From UHGV virus genome UHGV-1375844: DNA of 64,000 bases; one strand, written 5' to 3'. The notes beneath the pieces were generated by a model that saw only the letters and a program-made list of their open reading frames with translations, made no database searches and had not been told where the DNA came from. The position numbers and the translations under genes were made by a program. Positions 9,273-17,900 of this stretch are shown here, in pieces. The stretch is from a virus. Within the stretch, counting starts at the first letter, position 1. Each line of letters begins with the position of its first letter.

Positions 9273-10022
9273 TTATTTAGTGTATAGGCCGACAGGTGCT
9301 CTTGAGCAACGAGAGATGATTAGAACAATGAACTTCTGTACATTGACCTGAACTTTGTTAGGCAGCCATGAACTGAGTTCGGGATCGAGCAGTAACCCAC
9401 GATTCCAAGGTAAAAAACCCGTGTTCTTGCCCATGCCGTATTCACCCAGCACGTCCTCGAACGTTTCTGTTTTGGCATTGTATATACGCACATCGCCGGT
9501 ACGCATGAGAGGGCCAGCCCAGATCTTAGCGCCAGGAATGGTTTGTTTATCGTCGCAGACTAAATGCTCGTACCAATGAAGAAGGAAAAGATAGGTACGG
9601 TGACACAATCCTCGCTGACGAAGCGCTCTGACGGTTTCGACCCCTGCTACCTGGTAACAGTCAATCTCGTTGCCGTCTTCAATAAAACTATATCCACGCA
9701 GAGCTATCCTGCCGGCGATCGTGTTTTTGCTTTCGTCCAGCAGTCCGGACTGGAGCGCCTCTTTGATGATCTCTTCTTCAGGGGCATCTTCATCAGCTCG
9801 ATCTAAGATAAATTCACTCAGGTCGCCCTGGTCGTGCGCGCCGACTCGCTCCATAGAGACATACAGGCAAATGTCATCTTCTGGCTCGATGATTTCAATT
9901 TCTGAGATTTTATAGAGGGAGGCTTCGTTGATGAGAAAGCCAAAACGAGCAACACGAGTCTCCCCTTGATGAGGAAACTCGCTTAGATCTTTTGAATATG
10001 CGGTATCTAGTGTAGGAGCCAT
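9273..10022 (-). CDS. hypothetical protein (249 aa)
   Basis: Long ORF; no recognisable motif. Confidence 0.5.
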   Translation of the reverse strand: MAPTLDTAYSKDLSEFPHQGETRVARFGFLINEASLYKISEIEIIEPEDDICLYVSMERVGAHDQGDLSEFILDRADEDAPEEEIIKEALQSGLLDESKNTIAGRIALRGYSFIEDGNEIDCYQVAGVETVRALRQRGLCHRTYLFLLHWYEHLVCDDKQTIPGAKIWAGPLMRTGDVRIYNAKTETFEDVLGEYGMGKNTGFLPWNRGLLLDPELSSWLPNKVQVNVQKFIVLIISRCSRAPVGLYTK

Positions 10023-10390
10023 CTTGTAGCAGAGTCATCAGCCTTAACCGTACTGACAATGCTACCATGATTACGTAAGAAGCGGCGAATAGAATGTTCA
10101 ATAACCTCCGAAAAAGCCTCGATAAAACGAGACAGCTCAGGGTACTGTTTGGCTGGCTTCACTACAAAACGAACACGACCATTCAGGTAAATTGCTTCAG
10201 CCAACGGTTTCACGCTTGCACCGGCGCGCTCGACATCGTCTTTAAAGGTAACGATGAAGCGTGAGTCTTCAGGTTCAATAGCGTCGTTATTGAGCTTACG
10301 TACTTCGAGCTTGTGCTGATGCAGCACATGAGTCTCGATAATACTCGTGCAATCGCGAATAGTTTGTATAGAACGTTTCTCGTTCAGCAT
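10007..10390 (-). CDS. hypothetical protein (127 aa)
   Basis: ORF overlapping downstream gene by 16 nt. Confidence 0.45.
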   Translation of the reverse strand: MLNEKRSIQTIRDCTSIIETHVLHQHKLEVRKLNNDAIEPEDSRFIVTFKDDVERAGASVKPLAEAIYLNGRVRFVVKPAKQYPELSRFIEAFSEVIEHSIRRFLRNHGSIVSTVKADDSATRWLLH

Positions 10391-10576
10391 GTGTCCACCT
10401 TAGCCGTTAACACAAGTGTCATTGCGGCACCCCTTCCGGGGTTAAAGGCTACGAGTATGCGTAGCTTGTATGTGTCCCACTTACGTGGATGCCTAATAAA
10501 TCTACATCAAATTGCTAAATGGTTCAACATGAGGTTGCGTGAACAGGCGTGTATACGGGTGAAGATGCCATCTTTA

Positions 10577-10618
10577 GGATAAAAGGTAAATTGGAGGCGC
10601 CACATAATTTCTGGCGCC
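10577..10618 (-). terminator. intrinsic terminator after lysis cassette
   Basis: GGCGCC-loop-GGCGCC stem followed on the minus strand by CCTTTTAT. Confidence 0.45.
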
Positions 10619-10632
10619 CATAAATCACCAAC

Positions 10633-10860
10633 TCAGCTCCGGTGCTCCCACTTACACAACCTTTCACCTATCGTATTGTGGATAAGCAGCTGTCGCTCTG
10701 TTTCCTCGGTCATAAAATCCTCTCTACTCACATAGATAGGATTTGCGGCATCGCAGAATTGTACGCCCAAGGTCTGGGGTTTAATCACGCATCCACTTAT
10801 CGCGAAGCTCGCGATGAATGGCAGAAGCATCCTTAGCCCTGACTTCATTAATCGTTTCAT
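10633..10860 (-). CDS. outer-membrane lipoprotein, o-spanin-like
   Basis: Signal peptide with lipobox (FAISGC); 5' end embedded out of frame in the i-spanin gene. Confidence 0.55.
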   Translation of the reverse strand: MKRLMKSGLRMLLPFIASFAISGCVIKPQTLGVQFCDAANPIYVSREDFMTEETERQLLIHNTIGERLCKWEHRS

Positions 10861-11032
10861 TTTTCACATCCACTGTGTTCTGAAGCCGTTTCCTGTCGTC
10901 TTGCCGCGCCTTTTCTTCCATTGCTTGCCGCGCCGCACGACCACCCATCGTATAGGCGCCTGCAAGCACTAAAAGAACGGCAGCCGCGGTAATCAGAGCA
11001 ATCTTTAGCTTCGAAAATAGGCTGCCGAACAT
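10781..11032 (-). CDS. i-spanin-like protein
   Basis: ORF trimmed to MFGSLFSKLKIALITAAAVLLVLAGAY (N-terminal TM) then charged coiled region. Confidence 0.5.
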   Translation of the reverse strand: MFGSLFSKLKIALITAAAVLLVLAGAYTMGGRAARQAMEEKARQDDRKRLQNTVDVKNETINEVRAKDASAIHRELRDKWMRD

Positions 11033-11033
11033 A

Positions 11034-11726
11034 TCAGACGATTCCTTTCTGATGCTTTCTGACCTGCGACCAGGCAATGAAGCCGGCCACGACGATAGTT
11101 GCGATCCCGAAGACGATGCGGATCGTGTCACCGCTGGTAATGTGGCCCTGTGCCTTGTCCATTGCCACCGATACCTGTGGCATGACATCGGCCAGCTGCG
11201 CCAGGCCAATACCTGCCGTAACGGTCGCACCGGCAGTCTCTTTGGTAACGGGAACAGCTTTTACAGTCTTTACCGGTTTGACAATGCCGGCACGTCGCAG
11301 ACCTTCTTCGATAAGCTCGGATGCATACCAGGTATTTGGTGTTTTCAGCGGACCTCGACCATTTTCGTGTCTGATGATCGCCTCTACCAGCGGTCTTAGG
11401 GTCTCGTAGTCATGTAAATCGATCACCATGTCCGGCGTGACACCAACAGCTTTGGCCACCTCATTCACGTAAGCCACAGTGTTGTTCTCATGTGGAGGCG
11501 CCCAGCGCTCAATAACTTCGCGGATCGTGTCGATGCTTGAGCCGTCTTTGGCTCGACGTTTGTCATGGTAGGTGATGAGCGTAACTGCCAATGCGCGAAT
11601 CCCCCATACGGGATCTTTGAAAGTGCAGAAGCGCGGTTCTGAAGGGTTGTCGACTAAGCCCTGCCACGGCGAACCTTTATCAAGATTGCCAGGGTTGTTG
11701 TTGCGAATACCTCTTGGAGTTTTCAT
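11034..11726 (-). CDS. putative cell-wall hydrolase / endolysin (by position), C-terminal TM helix
   Basis: 230 aa between holin-like gene and spanins; RNNNPGN motif near N-terminus; catalytic family not identified. Confidence 0.4.
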   Translation of the reverse strand: MKTPRGIRNNNPGNLDKGSPWQGLVDNPSEPRFCTFKDPVWGIRALAVTLITYHDKRRAKDGSSIDTIREVIERWAPPHENNTVAYVNEVAKAVGVTPDMVIDLHDYETLRPLVEAIIRHENGRGPLKTPNTWYASELIEEGLRRAGIVKPVKTVKAVPVTKETAGATVTAGIGLAQLADVMPQVSVAMDKAQGHITSGDTIRIVFGIATIVVAGFIAWSQVRKHQKGIV

Positions 11727-11737
11727 CCTTGATCTCC

Positions 11738-12073
11738 TTATTGCAGTCCATTTTTAACGCCGTAAGCGGCCAGCCCCAACAGCAGTACGGTAATCAGGAA
11801 CGACGTAATCTTTGAGACAATGCCGCCAAAAAACCCGCTGGAGATGGAGTCGAGCCGATTAAGAAGTTTGTCCAGATTTGAATGCTGGATGCTGTGTTGT
11901 GCCGGGGTCATATCGCCAAAGTAGGTCTTGAGCTGATCGTTAACTTCCTGACCAATCTCCTCGCGCAGTTCTTTGCCCAATTTGCCGACTACCTCGCGGG
12001 CAACAATCGCGGCAATGCGCTCTACCTGCTCTGGCGTTACGCCTGCCATCTCGTTCGACATTATTTCCTCCAT
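11738..12073 (-). CDS. putative holin / membrane protein
   Basis: 111 aa with C-terminal TM helix (ITSFLITVLLLGLAAYGV); first gene of presumed lysis cassette. Confidence 0.4.
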   Translation of the reverse strand: MEEIMSNEMAGVTPEQVERIAAIVAREVVGKLGKELREEIGQEVNDQLKTYFGDMTPAQHSIQHSNLDKLLNRLDSISSGFFGGIVSKITSFLITVLLLGLAAYGVKNGLQ

Positions 12074-12124
12074 GAAAAGTCAAATCGGGATGGCAGGGTT
12101 ATAACACATTAGCAAACAATTTTG

Positions 12125-12143
12125 TAGGTAAGCACTTACTTAT
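12125..12143. promoter_or_regulatory. motif A palindrome copy
   Basis: TAGGTAAGCACTTACTTAT between Gly-rich gene stop and holin-like gene. Confidence 0.45.
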
Positions 12144-12151
12144 TAATGCAT

Positions 12152-12976
12152 TTAAACACGGGTGCCATGAATTGTGCCAACCGTCACCCACGTTGGGGCA
12201 TTACCATTAACAGCAGCGCCACCAGCCCCACCTGCATACGGGGTGATATTCTTCCCCCCTCCAGACTGCGAAGCAGCTGCACCAGCGGAACCCAAGTCAC
12301 CACCTTTCCCGCCAACAGATGTTCCAAGGCTTGTGGAGGTATTCCCTGCACCTGGAGCCGTAAGCGAAGCATTGCTGCCGTTGCCACCGCCGCCGCTGGG
12401 GTAGGTTTTTGTACCACCGACGCCAAATGGTCGCCCGCCGCCGCCGCCTGAATAAGTTGGTTTATTATTACCAGCCCCAACAGCGCCGCCGCCTCCACCA
12501 CCGCCTCCAATAATGCCGTTATTTTGGATGCGCAGTTTGCTTCCGATGGCATTGGTGATCGCAGGACCGCCCGGCTTACCTTTGTTGGCATCGCCGTTTC
12601 CTCCACCGCCGCCATTTCCCCCACGGCCAAGCACCATTTGTCCCGAGTTAATCACAAGCAAGATATAAGCGCAGCTGGCAAGCTCGCTTGTAAAATTGAG
12701 ACAGGGCGCACTGGCAGAACTCGACACAATGGTACCGGTGATGTTGACTCTGATGGCGTTGTCCTTCACGCCTAAAGACTTAATCTGATTGACTAGAGTA
12801 GACCAGGAATAGTTGTTGTTCGCTGAAACATTGATGACCTGCTCTCTGGACTTGCCTACCAGGGTTTTCATCCAGAAAGGGGCGCCAACCCGTACAGATC
12901 TGCCGGCAGCTGACATCCATCGTTGCCCAGTCTCACTTACTGCGGAGGAGCCAACCCATCCGGAGTTGATGGTCAT
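12152..12976 (-). CDS. glycine-rich putative tail fibre / receptor-binding protein
   Basis: Start trimmed to MTINSGWVGSSAVS; N-terminal ~45 aa paralogous to 14410..14967; C-terminus is poly-Gly rich. Confidence 0.5.
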   Translation of the reverse strand: MTINSGWVGSSAVSETGQRWMSAAGRSVRVGAPFWMKTLVGKSREQVINVSANNNYSWSTLVNQIKSLGVKDNAIRVNITGTIVSSSASAPCLNFTSELASCAYILLVINSGQMVLGRGGNGGGGGNGDANKGKPGGPAITNAIGSKLRIQNNGIIGGGGGGGGAVGAGNNKPTYSGGGGGRPFGVGGTKTYPSGGGGNGSNASLTAPGAGNTSTSLGTSVGGKGGDLGSAGAAASQSGGGKNITPYAGGAGGAAVNGNAPTWVTVGTIHGTRV

Positions 12977-13227
12977 TTTCTCATCTCCTTGAGTTCCATA
13001 ACCTCTTTTTCGACGCTTTAACAGCTTCGACCATAATCCCAATGATACCGTTACATTTCAGACGAAGGCGTTCTTCTCCTGAATGGTCGTTTTTATCGGC
13101 TGTAACCAGCTCTGGTTGCAACTTTTACATCTCGGGCGGTCAAGCTACCCGCCATCTTGCCCGACATCATTTCCTTAATGAAAGTCAGTTCAGATGGCAG
13201 GTAATACTATACTTTTTTTACCGGTCT

Positions 13228-13247
13228 ATAGGTAAGCACTTACCTAT
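13228..13247. promoter_or_regulatory. motif A palindrome copy
   Basis: ATAGGTAAGCACTTACCTAT just downstream of lipoprotein gene stop. Confidence 0.45.
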
Positions 13248-13261
13248 ATAACAAGCTAATT

Positions 13262-13507
13262 TTAGGATTTTGGGCAGTTGATGGAGGTGAACGCCCCTTG
13301 CCCCACCCAACGCCAGTTAAAAATACTCCCGGCCCGATAAAGCGTATACTTACCTTCTTTCTTGATCGCATAAATTGGCACACTCGTTGACGAACCGCCA
13401 ACCATTGCCTTCCCATAGCAAACAGGCTCTGGTAATTTTTGACAGGCGCTCAATGTAAGTGTTACGCCTAGTAATAAAACTAATTTCTTCATTTTATATT
13501 CCATCAT
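13262..13507 (-). CDS. lipoprotein (candidate superinfection-exclusion / receptor-masking protein)
   Basis: Signal peptide plus lipobox LSAC; located inside the RBP-like cluster; AT-rich; start overlaps upstream stop. Confidence 0.5.
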   Translation of the reverse strand: MMEYKMKKLVLLLGVTLTLSACQKLPEPVCYGKAMVGGSSTSVPIYAIKKEGKYTLYRAGSIFNWRWVGQGAFTSINCPKS

Positions 13508-14112
13508 CCGTAGAGATTTCTGTTTAAGACTGGAACTCGGTTGTTGATAGCAAGGCTCGCCCCTCCATTAATTTCATTAACAAGGATAGAACTCACGGTA
13601 TTTCCGTAGCATGTGTAGCCGTAAACCAGCGTCTTAGCGCCACCCGGCATTGGAATAGCAAAGGCGTTAGCGTAAGTTGGCACAACCGCTACCGGATAAT
13701 TGAATACGTGCTTATCATTACTGTTCCAGCTATTATTATCAAGAAATGTGAAAGACAGTGGGATATTTGCCGTGTTATAGATCTCAACCCCTGAAGAATT
13801 GAAAAAACTCATTCCCCATTTTTCTTTTCTGGTTATGCCCGTAGCGAAAACATACACAGTTACGTTTGAATCACTCCCACGTCCACCGAAGCTGTAAATA
13901 ACCTGGTTATTGCGAACTATACGATTCGCAAGCAGTGAAACAGCTTTTGTATACGCCACGAAGACCATAGGGGACCGATCAGGAGATAGTCCCGTATTGA
14001 ACTCGCTCCCCCCTTTCAGTGAGACAACATGTTTGCTCTGGAAAACCAGAGGCGTAAGGCTTGGAGACATCCAGACCTTTCCATCAGATCGAACGATTTT
14101 GCTTCCGTACAT
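13504..14112 (-). CDS. hypothetical tail-fibre-associated protein (202 aa)
   Basis: AT-rich ORF coupled to neighbours by overlapping stop/start. Confidence 0.45.
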   Translation of the reverse strand: MYGSKIVRSDGKVWMSPSLTPLVFQSKHVVSLKGGSEFNTGLSPDRSPMVFVAYTKAVSLLANRIVRNNQVIYSFGGRGSDSNVTVYVFATGITRKEKWGMSFFNSSGVEIYNTANIPLSFTFLDNNSWNSNDKHVFNYPVAVVPTYANAFAIPMPGGAKTLVYGYTCYGNTVSSILVNEINGGASLAINNRVPVLNRNLYG

Positions 14113-14366
14113 TATTTCTGAAACACCATTAGGTAGATGGTTCCGTATGCATTTGTCCAGTTAATCTGGTTTCCTGAAATGGTTACACTGCCAATGTTGC
14201 CATTCAGTGTTTCCATAATGTAGTAATCAAGAGACATCCCCGACTCGACAGCATACCTTCTGCTGCCGCTACCGGTTGGCTGAAAATAATCCAGATAATA
14301 AATTGGCGCTAAGGCGTCGACCATTTCCTGTCTGCTCGGCGACCAAATTTTTGCTCCATAACTCAT
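14112..14366 (-). CDS. hypothetical protein (84 aa)
   Basis: Small ORF, TAATG overlap with next gene. Confidence 0.4.
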   Translation of the reverse strand: MSYGAKIWSPSRQEMVDALAPIYYLDYFQPTGSGSRRYAVESGMSLDYYIMETLNGNIGSVTISGNQINWTNAYGTIYLMVFQK

Positions 14367-14409
14367 ATATCATCCTTGATTATGTAAGGCGCTTGTGGGC
14401 GCCTTCTAA

Positions 14410-14967
14410 TTAAATTTTAGTTACGGCAATCGTTTTGCCATTTTGATTGTAAAGCCAGCCTCCTGCTGTACTCGCTCTATAATGCCTGGTGTTATATGCA
14501 AAGTGGCTCGGAGTGAAGGTAAAATTAGTTCCACCAAAAGAAAGCGTGAAATTTTGGTTCGGCCCATTAGTTAAACCTATATACATGGTTGTCGCATTTT
14601 GAACCTGGGAAACATGCGTAATAGCACACCCCAATAATGTTCCACTAACAGAGCCTGTTGCGTTAATCGAGAGCGGTTGTTGCGCACCGCTTACGACTGT
14701 TGCAGCAATGGCTCCTGTTTGAACGGAGTTATTTGAAAAACCACCATACGAGGATGTCCCTTGAATGAATTGACCGTTCGAAATCTGCGCTCTGAAAGCG
14801 TATGTGTTCCGGCCAACCACCACCGTGAAGTCCTGCATCGCTTTTCCAACCAGAGAACTCATCCAAAACGGAGTGCCAACCTTAACTTTGGAGCCAGCGG
14901 CAGACATCCACCGCTGGCCAGTAGTTGATACGGCTGACGACCCGACCCATCCTGAGCCAATCGCCAT
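14410..14967 (-). CDS. putative receptor-binding / tail fibre protein sharing N-terminal domain with 12152..12976
   Basis: MAIGSGWVGSSAVSTTGQRWMSAAG...VGTPFWM closely matches N-terminus of the Gly-rich protein. Confidence 0.5.
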   Translation of the reverse strand: MAIGSGWVGSSAVSTTGQRWMSAAGSKVKVGTPFWMSSLVGKAMQDFTVVVGRNTYAFRAQISNGQFIQGTSSYGGFSNNSVQTGAIAATVVSGAQQPLSINATGSVSGTLLGCAITHVSQVQNATTMYIGLTNGPNQNFTLSFGGTNFTFTPSHFAYNTRHYRASTAGGWLYNQNGKTIAVTKI

Positions 14968-17900
14968 TATCTGTTCTCCTTGATTTCACGGATTTCGTCA
15001 CGCAGCTCTTTCACCGCTTCGACCAGCAGTCCAATGACGCCGTTATAGTTCAGACGCAGACGCTCTTCCCCGGATTGGTCATTTTTATCAACCGTTACCA
15101 GTTCTGGCTGTACCTTCTGAACATCCTGAGCGATCAGGCCACCAGACTGCTCGTATCGATCATGTACCTGAATCTCATACAGAACCCCTTCAATCTGCCC
15201 CAGCTTGTCGAGTGCGCTCTCGATTTTGCGGATATTCCGCTTACTTCTACGGTCAGAACGGATATATACGTCGTTGAAGCTACCATTACCGCCACATACC
15301 CAAGTGCCATCGTTTTGCAGATATGCCTGGGCATCCGTACCGTTGGCCGTCCGTGAGTTGTTGATCATGTAAAAACCAAACTGGCTGTTACCCAGACCGC
15401 CGACGAAAAACTTACGATCGGCATGATCTTGTCTCAACAACGCTTGGGCCGAGCTGGTTGACACGGCATTCCGTCCAAAAATAACGTTCTGATCACGCAT
15501 GTTAATCCACGAGCCAGAGCCGCTATTGATGGCGAAGCGACCTGCGTAGACCCACGCACTTGAAGTAATGTCTCCTGACACAGAAAGGGGCTTATTGCTT
15601 TGCAACGTCCCGTTGACGAATCGGAACACATGAGCGCTATTGGCGTAGACATCCAGTACGCCATCCCCATTTTGCTTAAACCCGGTATCGTTATCTCCCA
15701 GAACAATAGAGTTCCCACCTAATCCATTCGTTACGCCTAAACCGAGGCTGCCGGCAATAGTTGCGCCACCAGCGATATCAAGGCCGTTAGCCATCGACGC
15801 ACGACCAGAAGTGTTGTTAATGGTCAGCGGTCGAAGGCCGTTCCATCCACCAAACTTGTCGCCTGATGCCGTTAAAAGGAAATAGGTGCTGCTGCCATCG
15901 TTTCGGATGAAGAAGCCAAAGTTACCGTAAGCAGCTCGCAGAGCATTGGCGCTTAATGAGGTGATCTCATTTCTTGCACGAACACCATATCCAGTGTTGA
16001 TAATGAGTTCCTCTTGCGCGTCAGTATTCCCTGTCGCCCAACGGATAGTTCCACCCTGAACCGTCTCGTGCCAGATTGTGTCGCTACTTCCCCCGCGGTA
16101 TTTGCGGAGATATTTCTTACCCCCTGTCGTGCCTCCACATAAAGCGGTGGCCATGTACGTGCCCTGGGCGCCGCCATCCTGATTAATGGTTCCGGTAACT
16201 GCTCCACCGCCTGTAGGGAGTGCCCCAACCTCAGCGGCGCTCGGTTTGTTAGCCGTGGTGTAGATCTGCGCCCAACCAGACCAATTGGCGTCAGTGGTAT
16301 CACGACGAGAGCGGATGTAAGCTGGGGCATGGCCACCGCTGGTGCCACTCCAGCCGAGTAACAACTCGCCTTCGCCTGCAGCAGACCCTCCTTTAAAATG
16401 AAGAACGTTGCCGTAAGTTGTTGGATAGCCGTTGTTGTAGGCTTCATACATCTGGATACCCGGCATGGCCCCCTGCGTACTTCCGGCCAGCGCGGTAACG
16501 CGACCGCGAGATACCAGAGTAGGGATGCTGATATTCGCGGTACCATCAAAAGCGACATTGTTGATCGATCTTGCCGTCTGCAATTTGCTCGCTGAGACCG
16601 CATTAGCACCTGAAGCAAGAGCGCCAATATCGGCAGGCGTTGGCTTATTACGGGTGTTATATAAGCGACGCCAGCCTGGTCCATAGCCGTCACCATTATT
16701 TACGTAAATAAACTCGGCGTTAGTTACCCCACCATGACCTGTCGTCGTTGGTGTGGTAATGCGGATCGTGTAGTTACCTGAGTTTCCATTGCTGAAAACT
16801 TCAATAACTGAACCAGAGAGATCAATCCTGCCGCATCCAGTGTCGTCAATGTAGTTATTGCTGGCGTAAGACCATGAGCAACGCGCGATCCAACATTTAT
16901 ACCCAAAAGCACCTTGTTCATTAAGCCAGGTAACAAACTGAGCTGTGGTAAAGGCCGCACCACTGCCACTATTCAGCCAACCACTAACTGCTGCCGCAGC
17001 ATTGATGTTTGCCGGGCTAATGTTAATGTCAGAAGAACCGTCGAAGTTTACACCTGCGATTTTACGTGCGGTTTGTAGCTTAGTTGCAGTCGCTGCGTTG
17101 CCTGTCGTGCTTTGATTTCCCTGGGTGTTAACACCAGGCAAGTTGATATCGGCGGAACCGTCAAAATTCACCCCACCAATTTTTCGGGGCGTCCTGAGCT
17201 TGCTGGCCGTACCCGCATTCCCTGATGTTGACTGGTTCCCCTCGGCATTCACACCCGGAAGATTGATGTCCTGGCTGCCATCGAACAGCACCCCACCAAT
17301 ACGACGTCCCGTCTGGAGTACCGTCGCAGTACTCGCATTGCCCACCAGTGAGCCTGTAATAGCACCATTGATGTCTGAAAGTACTCGATGATATACCGTT
17401 CCCTCTACGGCGCCTTCAGGCAACGAGTCAACCGATTCGATCACTTCCAGCGATTCAACCGCGGCGCCGGAGAATTGCAGGTTCACAATTAACTTTTGAG
17501 CGCCCGCGCCCACGCGAAGGTAGATGTCGTAATTTTCTTCGTCGGTATTAACGGTGGCCACGCTATTTACAGCGGAGTCCTGCGTTAAATAGGCAACAGC
17601 ATTGAGACCTTTGGGATCGCCCCCCGCTGTGCGAAGAACAATGTCAGCCATCGCAGCCTGGCCTGGGCTATCGGTATCATAGCCAGCGCCACCGATCACT
17701 TCGATGTAGACAGTGCTGGTCGCTTGCGGCATACGCGCACGCGAGACTTTTACCCACTTGGGCGTATCAGAGGTCAAGTCCAGTTCGGCGGACGTACCTT
17801 TCCATTTCACGCTGGCGATACTGGACTGCGCATTCTGCGCATATTCGTATGCCTTGTCCTCAGACGCTTTCGCTTTCGTCTGGGATGCTTTGGCCTCAGC

